A DNA stretch of 64,000 nt, taken from NCBI RefSeq assembly GCF_009914755.1, contig NC_060941.1. The stretch is one strand, 5' to 3'. The DNA is from the human T2T-CHM13v2.0 reference genome, Homo sapiens. The stretch's first letter is position 1; each line of letters starts with the position of its first letter. The notes beneath the pieces were generated by a model. That model saw nothing but the letters and a program-made list of their open reading frames with translations. It had not been told where the DNA came from and searched no databases. This document shows positions 1-12,068 of the stretch, piece by piece. The position numbers and the translations under genes are program-made.

Positions 1-1157
1 TGTCTCTCTGTCCTCTGGCTCCTCTGGCTGAGCCCAGGGCTTGTTTGGGCCTCAGAGGGGGGAAGTGTGTGTGGATTGGTCCATGGGCAGCCATGGGCAG
101 GCCCAGGAGAAAGCACTGTAATTCCCCTTCTGCTCTGTAGGACTGGCAGCCTGGCCCCCAGGCTTCAGGCCTGCTCTGTCCTGAAGGTAGGGCTTCACTG
201 GGGACCCACCCCTTTCCACCCAGAAGTCTGTCTGCCTCCCTCGGCCATCCATGGTGCCCAGGCTATTGGCACCAAGGGGCACCTGCAGGCCAGCACCCAG
301 CCACCTTCAGCCCCCCTTCAACTTCCCCCACCCCACGCTCCTTGGTGCCCAAAGTTTGGAGGGGGCTGACGCAGCAGGGGGCTGGCATGTCAGCACCACC
401 CCAAGCCTGTGTATACCTGGCCGGGCTGTGACAACACCCAGGCTTGGCCCCAAACCCTGCTCCAAGATCAGAGCAGGAGCCTGGAGTGGGGAGAGCCGGG
501 CAGTGGGAGCAGGAACCTCCAAGCCTGCAAGGGCAAGGGGGGCCTTCCCAGGCTCCCCAAGAGTGCAGGGATGCCTGGGTCTGCAACCCTGGTTTGTGTG
601 ACTGCAGCTGTGCTCAGGGCCATGGGGCTCCTGCCTGCTCCATGGAGTTCGAGGCCCAGATCCACAGCTATGACTTGGGCAGCTACAGCCCTGCCCAGGG
701 AGGTGGGACTCCTGCCTACTCCCGGCTCCCAAGAGCACAGGGGTGCCTGAGTTACAGCTGTGGCTTGGGTGGCTGCAGTTTGCACCTTGGGAGCTCCTGC
801 CCCACCAACTTGGAAGGGGCAGGGATCCCACTTGTCCCCAGCTCCCACCAGCTCTGTGGAGCATGGCACTGGGCTGTGACCCCTTGCAGCCTGGGCTGGG
901 GGCTCCAGGTCCTCACTGGGTCTGGGTCATCATCCGGGCAGGAGTGACATTGCTGCGAACGCCCGCTGTGGCCCTGACGCTCGGGGGCAGCCGGGAGCTC
1001 TCCCTCCCCCAGCACACAACCCGGCCTGGCCCCATCGCAGAGGTCCCAGGGTGGCGGGCTGCTGGGCAGGGCTGTTTGCCTCCTCCCTGTGTCCTCCCTG
1101 CAGCGGCCAGTGTGATGGCAGCTAGTAGCTGCACCAGATGGCCTGCTACTGCCATCA
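1..1157 (-). mobile_element. MER52-family ERV1 LTR (runs off the window start)
   Basis: GC-rich LTR with 'gattggtccatgggcagccatgggc...ggactggcagcctggcccccaggcttcaggcc'. Ends in 'gtgatggcagc...ccagatggcctgctactgccatca', the reverse complement of the MER52 5' terminus as I recall it. Confidence 0.8.
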
Positions 1158-1420
1158 CTAAGAATTTGGGAGGCCGAAGAGGGCAAATCACTTGAGCCCA
1201 GGAGTTCAAGACCAGCCTGGGCAACATGATGAAACCCCATCTGTACAAAAATATACAAAAAATTAGGTGGGCATGGTGGCACACAGCTGTAGTCACAGCT
1301 ACTTGGGAGCTCGCCTGAGCTTAGGAGGTTGAGGCTGCAGTGAGCCGTGACTGCACCACTGCACTCCAGCCTGGGTGATAGAGCAAGGCTCTTGCTAAAA
1401 ACAAAAATGATAAAACAACA
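1158..1420 (+). mobile_element. AluJ lacking the first ~30 nt
   Basis: 'tttgggaggccgaag...cttgagcccaggagttcaagaccagcctgggcaac...gaggctgcagtgagccgtga' with an A-rich tail. Confidence 0.9.
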
Positions 1421-1520
1421 ATTGCAAAACCCAGGCTACCATAGACGTACTGATTCAGAATCTGAATCTAACAAGGTGCCCAGGTGACCTCTTAGTATGT
1501 GAGAGTCTGAGAAAGCGTGG
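1421..1520. mobile_element. MER5-type hAT MITE, partial
   Basis: 'agacgtactgattcagaatctg...taacaaggtgcccaggtgac...gagagtctgagaa'. Confidence 0.6.
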
Positions 1521-2504
1521 CTTGCTGCCCAACTAACAGCTCTTTCTGCCCACTCCCTCGCTGACAGCTTGTAAAACAAGTGCTATTTCAGGAAGGAATA
1601 ACCCGCTTAGGTCTTTAGGGACTCTGGAAGGAGTTGTAAGGTGAGACTATAATCAAGGAAAGTTCTAAGAATTATGGGCTTCAACCACATAGAGACAGGT
1701 TTAACCTCATCACGGCGGGTGCCTTGGACAGCCTTCCTCCACTGCCTCTTAACACAGTTCGTACTTTTGAAGACCCAGGGATGCTGGAGCTCACCAGCAT
1801 TACACCCACTCATTTTGATATTAGGGTTGTGGTGAGTCATCAAATCAGCCGGAACCAATTAAGACTGAACCGTTAAGATCCCTGCTGGCATCACCGCACA
1901 TGGTCCTGGAAACAGAGGGACTGATCCAGTGAAACCCCACGTGGGGCAGCAGCTCATTGATGGGACACAGGATGTTTCCACAATGCTCCTTAAGTCAGCA
2001 GGGTACCCCCATTAACATATGGCCGCTTCCAATGCCCAGCCTGCAGGTGGCGGCCATTCTATTTCCATTTACACCGCAGCAGCGTCCTAACTGCTGCTTT
2101 GCTGAATTAGCCCTGCAGGGCTCAAAGGAAGCGCTTCGCAGAGCTCCCGTTCAGATTAACGTGTAAAATTTAATTACGGAGGCCTGGGCTATCGCAAGGT
2201 TTAAAGCCATTTACTAAGCCTGGGAGCTACAGAGTCCTCCCTGAGACTCCTGTGTCTAGGGAGGCCCAAGCAGCCCTTTGATCATTAAGGGCTGAGAATA
2301 TCTCAGCTTGCATATTAGGGTCAGGAAATTATCTTTCCACTTTCCCTACTAAATGGACAAAGTATTCATCTTGGGGCGAAAGAGCAATTCTGAAACTCCA
2401 AGAGAAAGCAAGGACTTCCAGAAGCCATTGGTCCAGGTCCCCATCTCTAAGTGGCTTGATAGCTAAATCCAATAACCAGATAAAAATAAAAAGTACAAGG
2501 GAGG

Positions 2505-2748
2505 CAAAGTCCCTGTCCCCTAGGAACTCAAAGATGAATAGAGCAATAGTCACAAGACACATAGATAAGTAAATGCAGTACAGTGAGTGAGTCAATAGAA
2601 TAAGAAGATTCACTCAGCCCTTGGGAATATTCCAGGAAGGCTTCCCAGAGGAGGTGGCTCATCCTCAGGGTTTTGAAGAATAAAAAGGAGTTATTTTTAC
2701 AAATAAAGGAGTGAGTGGCTGTGGGGAAGGACATTTCAGGCAGAAGAG
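2505..2748 (-). mobile_element. L2 fragment
   Basis: 'caggaaggcttcccagaggaggtg...ttttgaagaat...ggaaggacatttcaggcaga', typical of L2 antisense. Confidence 0.7.
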
Positions 2749-2987
2749 TTCTGCTAGCTCTAGAATTTATAGGAGCAAAACTTCTTCAGTCCAGCGTACG
2801 TGTCTGGAAGATTCTCTGCTGCTCAGCTCTATATGGAGTTGGACAACTGGTCGGCATCTGTTCCCTAAAAACTTTAGATTGTCACCTCCTCAAGGGCATA
2901 GCTATGCCTCCTAGATTCCCAGCAGTATCAGAAGGAGACGCTGAGCTCGTAAGAGAATTTTAGTGCAGTGCTGGAGCCCTTAACACC

Positions 2988-3118
2988 CAATTCCCAGGCC
3001 CCCACCCTGCATGAACCAACTCTTGTCCAGGTTTCAAACTTGGACACACAATTCCCTTAATGCACAATTCTCAGGCCCCTCCCCTGCATGAGCCAACCCT
3101 TGCCCAGGTTTCAAACTT
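2988..3118 (+). repeat. 54-bp direct duplication (2988-3041 and 3065-3118)
   Basis: The two copies align without gaps at 48/54 identity. Confidence 0.9.
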
Positions 3119-3526
3119 CAATTCCTTTTACCTATAGCGAAGTATGATTTTTTTCTCCATCACTTTATACCAAATAGAATGAAGAAAGTGAGGCAGGATG
3201 AGTGGATTTACGGCCTCAAATGAATTTCAAGATGAATAAGAACAGTCGCAATTAAAATCAAATTTCTGAGACAGGATTTGATCTCTTTCAAGGAGAGAGC
3301 GGGCCTGGCCTTGCCCACAGCCACAGATGCCCCTTAATGGGGTTTGAGATGCTAGGATGTGGGACTCGGGAGGAAACACCTGGGGAACGCCGCACCTTTG
3401 AAGCTCATTTTGTCAAGGTTCTTTCACGGCGGTATCACCGGAGACCAAATACCATTTTTAATTACTCACGAAAGCACGAGATGGTTGCCTCTTCTCAGGC
3501 ACACTCCTCGCTCTTCACTTCAATCC

Positions 3527-3821
<295 letters not shown>

Positions 3822-3969
3822 TCTTCACTTCAGTCTTATCTTCAGGCTGTCTCTGTCTCCTTGGCTGGGGGAAAGACGCCAGTCAGCTATTTTTTCTGTG
3901 GCCCAGGTGAGGATAAATGAGGGCTCCAGGGGGTCAGGGATTTGCTCAGAGTTGGTTAGAAAAAAGCTT

Positions 3970-4158
3970 AATAGCTGCTGATACTGAGCACCTGCCAGGG
4001 GCTTGACACACTTTTTCTTTCATCTCGTGACTCCCGAGGTAGGTATGGTTAGTTTTATTTTGTGGGTGAGAAAACAGGCTCAGAAAGGTTATGAAACTGG
4101 CTCAGGGTCACATAGCGGGTGGCTGAAATTTAAATCTGGGTCTTCTGACCCAAAGCCT
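3970..4158 (-). mobile_element. MIR
   Basis: Core 'gagaaaacaggctcagaaaggtt...ctcagggtcacatagc'. Confidence 0.8.
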
Positions 4159-4509
4159 GGTGGTTTCCCATCTGCCCTCTTGATGCAGGAGTCCAAAGAG
4201 GAGGCCAGGGGGCATGCTCAGAAGCTGCGAAGGGGAGCTAGACCTGCCTCCATCAAGGAGTCCAGGTGTCTGGGATCCACCTGTCTACCTCCCTCCCAAC
4301 CTTATGGAATATTCCTCAGAGTCTCCCCCTACCCAAATTTGGTAGGGTTTCTCTTCGTTCAGAAGCTCTGGCCTTCTTCTTCAGCTATTTCCTTATTTTG
4401 GTGGTGTCTGAGTGAACCCAGGACAAGACCTGCCAAGGAATTTTCTATGTCAGTCTGAAAGAAAAGCTCACCTCCTCCATCGCTTGCAGCAGGGGTTCCA
4501 GCTGGAGTC

Positions 4510-4722
4510 TGCAAAGCCAGGGCGATTCTCCCTTCCCCATAAGGGACATCTGGATATGTCTGGACACATTTCTGATTGTCACATCTGGGAGGGTGGGTGC
4601 TGATGACGTCTGGTGGGTAAATGCCAGGAGTGGTGTTAAACATCCGGCAAGGCCCGGGACAGCCCCCGCCACAAAGAATAATTCAGCTCAAAGTGTCACC
4701 ACTGCTGTGGTTGAGAAACCTG
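4510..4722 (+). mobile_element. MER20 hAT MITE
   Basis: 'gggacatctggatatgtctggacacatttctgattgtcaca...acaaagaataattc...gttgagaaacctg'. Confidence 0.85.
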
Positions 4723-4803
4723 CTGTGAAAAATGCCAGGAGGGAGGAGAAAGGAGCCCCTTAACTTCAGTGCCTTATGTCCATGGGACACTGACACCCCC
4801 AGG

Positions 4804-4950
4804 CAGAAGCAGCCACTTCACTTGGCAGGGCGGCACAAAATGAAAATGTTGCAATTCTTGTGAAAAATGATTTAAAATTTCAAGACAGCAACAGCAGACC
4901 ATTAAACAAGGGCCTGTGGGACTGGCCAGGACACCCACCTAGGAAGCTGG
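4804..4950 (-). mobile_element. MER45A-like hAT MITE
   Basis: 'caaaatgaaaatg...aatttcaagacagcaacagcagaccattaaac' matches the reverse of MER45A as I recall it. Confidence 0.7.
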
Positions 4951-5510
4951 AAAGAGCTCTCTGCTGGTCCCTGGGATCCCCTGGGTGCCCTGTCCTCAGC
5001 TCTCAGGCTTGTAGTCACACGACTCCTCCAAAGAGTTCAGGCCAGAACACTGAGACGGCAGTGCCTGCTGAGAATCTGAAGTGGCAGACTCACCTTTCCT
5101 TTATGGAGGAAAAAATCTCACTTTTGACTGTCAGGGAATGAAGGGACAGGACTCAGAGGACTGTCTAGGAGGTCCTGAGTCCTCCCCCGTCCTACTGCTT
5201 CTTGGGAGGGTCAATATGCCACGAGGGTTTTCAAGCACAAAGTAATTAAGAGGAGGAGCAGAAAGCTTCCAGTCTCCAAGCTGGTAGCCCCCAGGGCTGA
5301 ATCTGTGGTTTTCTGTTTGCTGTGACACTTCATCTGTAGAGGGCCGCTCTGGGAAAGAGCGGTGCATACTGGGCTCCATCTGAGGAACAGATCCTGGAAA
5401 TGACCTTCTCTCCTTGTCTCTCCCTGTCTCTCCCACACCCCCTCAATAAGCAGCCTCCTGCCATTTATTTCAATGATATTGCTTTTGTTTTGTTTCATTT
5501 TTCTTAAGCA

Positions 5511-5812
5511 TTTTATTTTTATTTTTATTTTTGAGAGGGAGTCTTCCTCCGTCACCCAGGCTGGAGTGCAGTGGCATGATTTTGGCTCACTGCAACTCTG
5601 CCTCCCAGGTTCAAGCGATTCTCCTGCCTCAGCCTCTGGAGCAGCTGAGATTACAGGCACACACCACCACACCTGGATAATTTTTGTATTTTAGTAGAGA
5701 CCCGTTTTTGTCATGTTGGCCAGGCTGGTCTCGAACTCCTGGCTTTAAGTGATCTGCCCGCCTCGGCCTCCCAAAGTGCTGGGATTACAGGCGTGAGCCA
5801 CTGTGCCCAGCC
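5511..5812 (-). mobile_element. AluS
   Basis: Full-length antisense Alu; TSD 'tt(a/g)agcatttta'. Confidence 0.95.
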
Positions 5813-6239
5813 TTGAGCATTTTACAGTTAGATTGTTCTTCAGGGTTGAGGGTGTTTTTGCAAACCATCTCACATGCCTTTGAGAAGATCGGAGGGAGGG
5901 CTGCAGGGGTGTGAGTGGTAGCCCAGGTGGACAGGAGCAGCCACGAGGGGCCCACCGTGAATCAGATCGTCTGTGGAACAGGAGAGAAGGGCCCTGCCAC
6001 CTGCTCAGGCAGCCCCCACAGCAGATAGTTGTAGATTTCCAGAGCTTCAGCTTCCCTTTCAAGAGTGGAGGGGAAAAAAAGCAAGAGGAAGGCCTGGGGG
6101 CTAGGGCAACCCACCCACCAGACAATGATCACAGACCAGCCACCATCAGCCACAAATTCTGCAGCTCAGGTCTAATAGTAATCACTGGTGCTGTAAACAT
6201 TTAAGCACCTACTGCCTTCTGGTACGCATATGGGCATCA

Positions 6240-6450
6240 GCATGGTAAGTAGCGAAGAGCATGGATGGACCCTTGAACCAGACTCCAGCTTGAATTCCAA
6301 CTGCCACTTAATGGCTGTATAACCTTAATCTCTCTGTGACTTAGTTTCCTTGTGTATAAAGTGTGGGACCTACCTCATCGGGGTCACTATCCATAGCTTA
6401 ATTTTTATAAAGTGCTTAGGAAAGTATTTGACACGTGGTAAGCACTAATA
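6240..6450 (+). mobile_element. MIR
   Basis: 'cttaatctctctgtgacttagtttccttgtgtataaa...aaagtgcttag...tggtaagcact'. Confidence 0.75.
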
Positions 6451-6470
6451 TAAAGAGGTGTAAAGAAAAA

Positions 6471-6916
<446 letters not shown>

Positions 6917-8029
6917 TCTGTAGGACTGTGTCCTCTCTCCAAGGGGAGGATGGAGCTTGACCACCTGTGTTCAGGTCCTGGCTTACCCATCAATTAGCTT
7001 GGGCTCCAATATCCTCCTCTGAAGTCAAGGAGGTTCCCCAGATGTCGTGGATGACTCCCATGAGTGGCTCTTAGAGGCCAGGAGGCCTGGGTGTCTAGTC
7101 AGTGTCCTGGCCTCAGTCCTGGCCTCTGGGACAAGGGAATTGTGGATAGGGGAGCAGCTGTCCCTGAGCAGGGTGGATGGATGTGGCAGTTTCCAGCCCA
7201 GCTCACTGCACCCGCTGTCAGCCGTTATTGAAACACATAGCCAGGGCTGGGTAACAAGACGGCCACAGAAATGATCTGAAGTGGATTTAATCATTGCCCT
7301 GGTCCCTGCCAACTCTTGTCCACTTAGGGGTTTTGCCTGTCTCGCTCGGACTTGACAGTCTGGACACTCAAGGTGATGAGCTGCCCAGAGCACCCAAGAC
7401 CCAGACTCCACCCAGGACTGTCCTCTCCTGGACCACCTGCCTGAAACTTCCATCCTGACCCTTCTCCACCTTCTCAATGGGACCTGGGGTGAGAGCCCAA
7501 GCTGGGAGCGCCGGCCTGGCATTGTGTAGTTTAGACAAGTCCTTGAAGCAGGGCAGGTGGGGGAATGGGGAGGAGTCGGGGGCTCAGGCCCCCATGTTCC
7601 TCCCCAGCACAGCCTCACCTGCTCTGCCTCAGAGTGACTCAGGACAAAATCCCCAGGTGGCTCTGATGGTACTTGAAGTGACAGAGGGAAGGAGGAATCT
7701 GGAATGGAGACCCCAGCCCCAGGCCCTTGAGCTCAACCCAGCACCAGCCCCCAGACCTGTTCACTCTTTGGCCTTCCAGGGCCAGCCCCAGGCTGGGCTG
7801 TCACTGATGTGGGTGAGCAGGAGTGGTCCCCGTTCCTCACAGGGGCTTCTCTCTATGCACACCTCACATCATCCCCCGACCTCCAGGCATAAACCAGCCT
7901 TGCAGCCCTGACTCCAGACCTGTCCAGAGAAAGTGCCACCTGCCTGGGGAGCTGATGCAGATGAGAGGGAAGGAGAGAGAGACAGTGTCCCCTGCACCAT
8001 GCCCTGAACTTCCCAAGGGACCTTCATCA

Positions 8030-8337
8030 AGCTCCCCTGGGGGCTGTATTGTTAAAATGCACAGATTCTTGGACCTCGACTCTGGACTTCCAGAAGCGAA
8101 ATCTCTGCGGGGGTGGAGGAATTGGGCACTGATTCTAATGAAGTCCCCAGGGCAATCTCACCTGCTTTAGAGCAGAGGTTGGTACCCTGGCTGCACATCA
8201 GAGTCTCATGGGAAATCTAAACACATCCGTTCCAGGGCCTCACCCCCAGACCAAGCAGACCAGTGTCAGGGCTGGGCATCAGGCATTCGTATTTTGTAAA
8301 AAATGATTAAAATGTGCACCCAGGGTTGAGAACTGCT
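8030..8337. mobile_element. Two adjacent MER5-type MITEs (~8030-8165 and ~8173-8337)
   Basis: 'ttgttaaaatgcacagattcttgg...' and 'ccctggctgcacatcagagtc...cagggttgagaactgct'. Confidence 0.65.
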
Positions 8338-9189
8338 TCAGAATTTGCAGACCTCCAGCTGGGTCTGACCCAGGAAAACAGGAAACAAGAGAGATGGTGT
8401 CAGCTGGGGCCCTTCACTGGTGGGGCCAGGTGGGTGGGGGGAACATCCCCACGATCCAGGCGACCCCCACCGCTGGCCAGGCAACCTCATGGCTGAAGGC
8501 GAGGAGGGACGCAGGCACGAGGGCCTTGGCGTAAGGAAGCTGGCTCTGCAGTCAGGCCCTGCCCTGGGGCTGTTCAGATGCCCAGGAGGGCAGGTTTATG
8601 CGAATGAAGCAATTACAGAACCATTTAAAAGAGTGAGGGAACTTGGTCCAGAAATGCCTGTGGAGCTTTCAAAAGGGGTGAGTGACCTCATCCAGCCAAG
8701 AAAGGGTCTGGGAGAGAAGCTGGAGGCCGAGGTCTTCAGTCTAGGCTAGGGGAGGGGAGAGAACGTTTAAGAGGGTGGCAGGCATTCCTGTCCCAAGTCA
8801 CCAACTGGGTAGCGCTCTTGTTTGTCTTATGCAAGAGTGTTTAGATAAGAACAGGCTTTTGCATTTCAAAAAGGAGCCTGTTCTTCCTCGCCTTGCTTCT
8901 TCCTGTGCTGAGTAAACGGAAGGCACACCCTTGTTTCCCTCCCTATTCACAGCTCCTCTGTCCGCCACAAAGACAACCTCCTCCCCTTCTGCCCTCGTCT
9001 TCTGCCTGTGGACATTCAAGGGACCCCGCTCCTCCTTCATCCTTTCTCTCCTGCACGAATGAATCGTTTCCCGTGAATCTGCTCTTTGAAAAACCCCTTC
9101 CTAACTTCCATCTCTCTTCCTCTGCTCTCTTTGATGCCATCGCTTCTTAAAAGGGAGGCCTAGACTCACTGCTGTCTCACTTTTGTACG

Positions 9190-9605
9190 TTTATTTTCAT
9201 CATGGTAAAATATACATAGCATAATATTTACCATTTGAGCCCTTTTAAGGTGTACAATTCAGTGGCATTTACATTCAAAACATTGTGCAACCATCCTGAT
9301 GATCTATTTCCAGAGCTTTTTTTTTTTTTTTTAAATCATCCCAAACAAATTCTGGAACTGTGAGATAATAATGTCCCATTCTTTTCTCCTCCCAGTTCCT
9401 GGTAACCTCCATTCTTTCTGTCTCTATGAATTTGCCTATTGTAGAAACCTCGTGTAAGTGACATCATTCCATATGGGGCCTTTGTGTCTGGCTTATTTCA
9501 CCTAACATCATGTTGCAGCAAGGTTCATTTCATTTCTTTTTATGGCTGAATAATATTCCCTCGTACAGATGGACAGCAGGTGTTGACCTATTCATCGGTT
9601 GTCTA
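9190..9605 (-). mobile_element. L1MB-type 3' end
   Basis: 'ggtaaaatatacatagcataa...tgtacaattcagtggcatt...ctttttatggctgaataatattcc'. Confidence 0.85.
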
Positions 9606-9619
9606 TTCGGCCTCCACAA

Positions 9620-9720
9620 TCCACTGTTTTCATCCCTTCTTGCTGTCTCTACTTCTATGACCCTGGCCTAAGTCACCATTTTCTTCCACCAGAGTGCTCA
9701 GTGGCCTCCTCTGAGATTTC
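9620..9720 (+). mobile_element. L2 fragment (continues at ~10400)
   Basis: 'ccctggcctaagtcaccattttcttcc...gcctcct'. Confidence 0.55.
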
Positions 9721-9724
9721 ACTC

Positions 9725-10385
9725 TTTTTTTTTTCTTTTAAACAGCGTTATTGAAATGTAATTCATATATTATGTAATTCTCCCATTTAAAGTGGACAAT
9801 TCAGGCTACTCTGCCTATGGAGTGGCCATGCTTTTGTTTCTTTACTTCTCTAATAAGCTTGCTTTCACTTAAAAAAAAAAAGTATACAATTCAATGGTTG
9901 CTAGTATATTCCATGTAGCTGCAATCGTCACCGTGGTCCATTTTACAGCATTTGTATCACCTCAAAAAGAAGCTCTGACCCTTCAGCTATCTCCCCTCCC
10001 CAACGCTCACCCTTACAGCCCTAGGCAACTAGTAATCTACTTTCTGTCTCTAGAGATTTGCCTCTTCTGGGCATTTTGTCTAAATGGAATCATACAATCC
10101 GTGGTCTTTTGTGAATGGCTTCCTTCACTTATCGTGATGGTTCCCGGGTTCATTCATGCTGTCCTATCGGCACTTCATTCCTTTCTATGGCCAAATAACT
10201 ACCTCATTGTATGGATTCATTGGTGGACATTTATGTCGTTTCTATCTTTGGGCTATTACAAATAATGCTGCTTTAAACATTTTGTACAGGTTTCTGTATG
10301 AATATATGTTTTCGTTTCTCGTGGGTCTATACAGAGGAGTGGAACTGTGGGTCACACGGTAACTCTGTGTAATCGTTTGAGGACC
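9725..10385 (-). mobile_element. L1MB-type 3' end, interrupted at 9804-9878
   Basis: 'ttattgaaatgtaattcatat...ctaggcaactagtaatctactttctgtctctagagatttgcct...aataatgctgct'. Confidence 0.85.
9804..9878 (+). mobile_element. Retroposed, polyadenylated 3' end of a MER41-family LTR transcript
   Basis: 'ggctactctgcctatggagtggccat...taataagcttgctttcactt' plus an A tract. TSD aaagt(gg/at)acaattca at 9789-9803 and 9879-9893; TTT|AAAG target site. Confidence 0.85.
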
Positions 10386-10399
10386 TGCAGGCCACAGTG

Positions 10400-10725
10400 G
10401 CTGTCCTGCCTCCTCTCTTGCCTCTTTCAAAACTCCTCTTCACAGAGCAGCTGATGCGATCTTTCAAAAATGAACTTCAAATCATGTTTCATCTTTCTTG
10501 TAAAATCCTTCAATGACTTCCCAGCGTTCTTAGAATAAAACAAACATCATCACCATGGTCTACAAGACCCTGTGGCTGGGCACCAACTCCTTCTGGGACC
10601 ATCCCTGCCTGCCTGTAGGGCTCCCGCTCCTTTGGGCGTCCCGGCCGCTGCTCCAGCAGGCCTAGGAACTTTCTCGTGAAGTCATCTGCGCTGGCTCCTC
10701 CCTCTGCTGGAACAGTCTTCGCTCT
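10400..10725 (+). mobile_element. L2 fragment
   Basis: 'gatctttcaaaaatg...aaaatccttcaatgacttccca...cttagaataaaa...catggtctacaagaccctg'. Confidence 0.8.
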
Positions 10726-10727
10726 TG

Positions 10728-11358
10728 TTTCAGCCTCCTGTGGACGCTGTAACCAATTGCCATCAACTGGGTGCCTTCAAACAACAGAAATGGCTTCTCT
10801 CATCATTGTGGAGGCCCAGCTCTAAAGTCAAGGTCTTGCCAGGGGCCTGTTCCCTCTGAAGGCTGTGGGAGAGCATCCTCTTTGCCTCTTCCAGCTGCAG
10901 GTGGTTACCACCAATCCTCCGGGTTCCCTGGCTTGTAGCTGCATCGCTGCAGCCTCTGCCACTGTTGTCACGAGGCCATCTCCCTCTGCGTGTCTGTGCT
11001 TTCACTGTCTTTCCTCTGTGCATGGCTGTGTCTCTTCTCCCTTCATATGAGGACACAAATCATATTGGGTTAAGGGCCCATCTTACTCTAGTATGACCTC
11101 ACATTAACTACATCTGCAATGATCCTATTTGCACATAAGATCATATTCTGGCAGGGCATGGTGGCACACGCTGCAATCCCTGCACTTTGGGAGGTCAAGG
11201 TGGGAGGATTGCTTGAGGCCAGGATTCAAGACCAGCCTGGGCAACACACTAAGACCCTGATTCTTTAAAAAAAAAAAAAAAAAAAAAAAATTCTGAGGTT
11301 CCTGGAGAAAATATGAATGGTGGTGGGGGCAGGGGAGGGCACTATTCAACCCTGTATA
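10728..11358 (-). mobile_element. MLT1C-like MaLR solo LTR, interrupted by a FLAM
   Basis: 'gctgtaaccaattgccatcaactggg...aaacaacagaaat...gaggacacaaatcatattgg...actattcaaccc'. Confidence 0.85.
11150..11290 (+). mobile_element. FLAM (free left Alu monomer)
   Basis: Single monomer followed by a poly(A) tract; 'attctg' occurs on both sides. Confidence 0.85.
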
Positions 11359-11689
11359 GCACAGTTCCTCATGTCCCAGCTCAGATTTCAACTCCTTCTC
11401 ACCCACTATCCCCACCCCAGCTCCCCTCTCCCAGGGCACCTTTCTGGTTTCTTTTTGGCACCTTCACAAGCTGTAAGTAGGTGTTGTTGTTGGTTATTCA
11501 TCCATTTCCCCTACTGGGTGAAAGCTCCCTGAAGGCTGCTCCTTGTCTATCAAGCTCATCACTCTGCCACTGTGATCCACTGCCTGATGCAGGGTGACTC
11601 TTCAGCAACGTGGAAGGAGACAGGGAAGATCCTGGTCCTGCAAGAGGAAGCCTGGACACAAGGTGTGCATGGGCCCCGAGCAGTCCACC

Positions 11690-12068
11690 AACACACGCTG
11701 TGGCGTGTATCAGCACTTCCTTCCTTTACATGGACAAATGCGATCCCATCATATGGACACACACACTCCGTTTATCCATTCACCAGTTGATGGACATTGG
11801 CATCGTTTCCATCTTTTAAAAAGAACATATAGTTGTACATATTTATGGGGTATAGTGTGATGTGTCCACACATGTATAGCTTGTGTAAGGATCAAATCAG
11901 GGTAATTAGCAAATTCATCACCTCCAATATTTGTCATGTCTTTGCGGTGAGCACATTCGAAGTCCTCTCTTCTAGGTATTTTGAAATATTCCGTACATTA
12001 GTATTAACAATAGCCACTCTTCTGTGCCAGAGAAGAACAGAATGTTTTCCTCCCATCTAATTGTATGT
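11690..12068 (-). mobile_element. L1M fragment (11690-11817) plus L1MA 3' end (11820-12068)
   Basis: 'tttatccattcaccagttgatggacattgg' and 'ttgtacatatttatggggta...gatcaaatcagggtaattagc'. Confidence 0.8.

Noticed and set aside
1109-1158. Inverted repeat gtgatggcag...ctgccatcac
   Set aside because: An intrinsic feature of the MER52 terminus, not a locus-specific event.
52-1296. Cluster of overlapping 76-185-aa ORFs on both strands
   Set aside because: They lie in the GC-rich MER52 LTR and the adjacent Alu, are low-complexity Pro/Gly/Ala-rich, and show no recognisable domain.
7025-8170. 197-, 144- and 115-aa ORFs
   Set aside because: Overlapping on both strands, no homology I can recognise, and of lengths expected by chance in GC-rich DNA.
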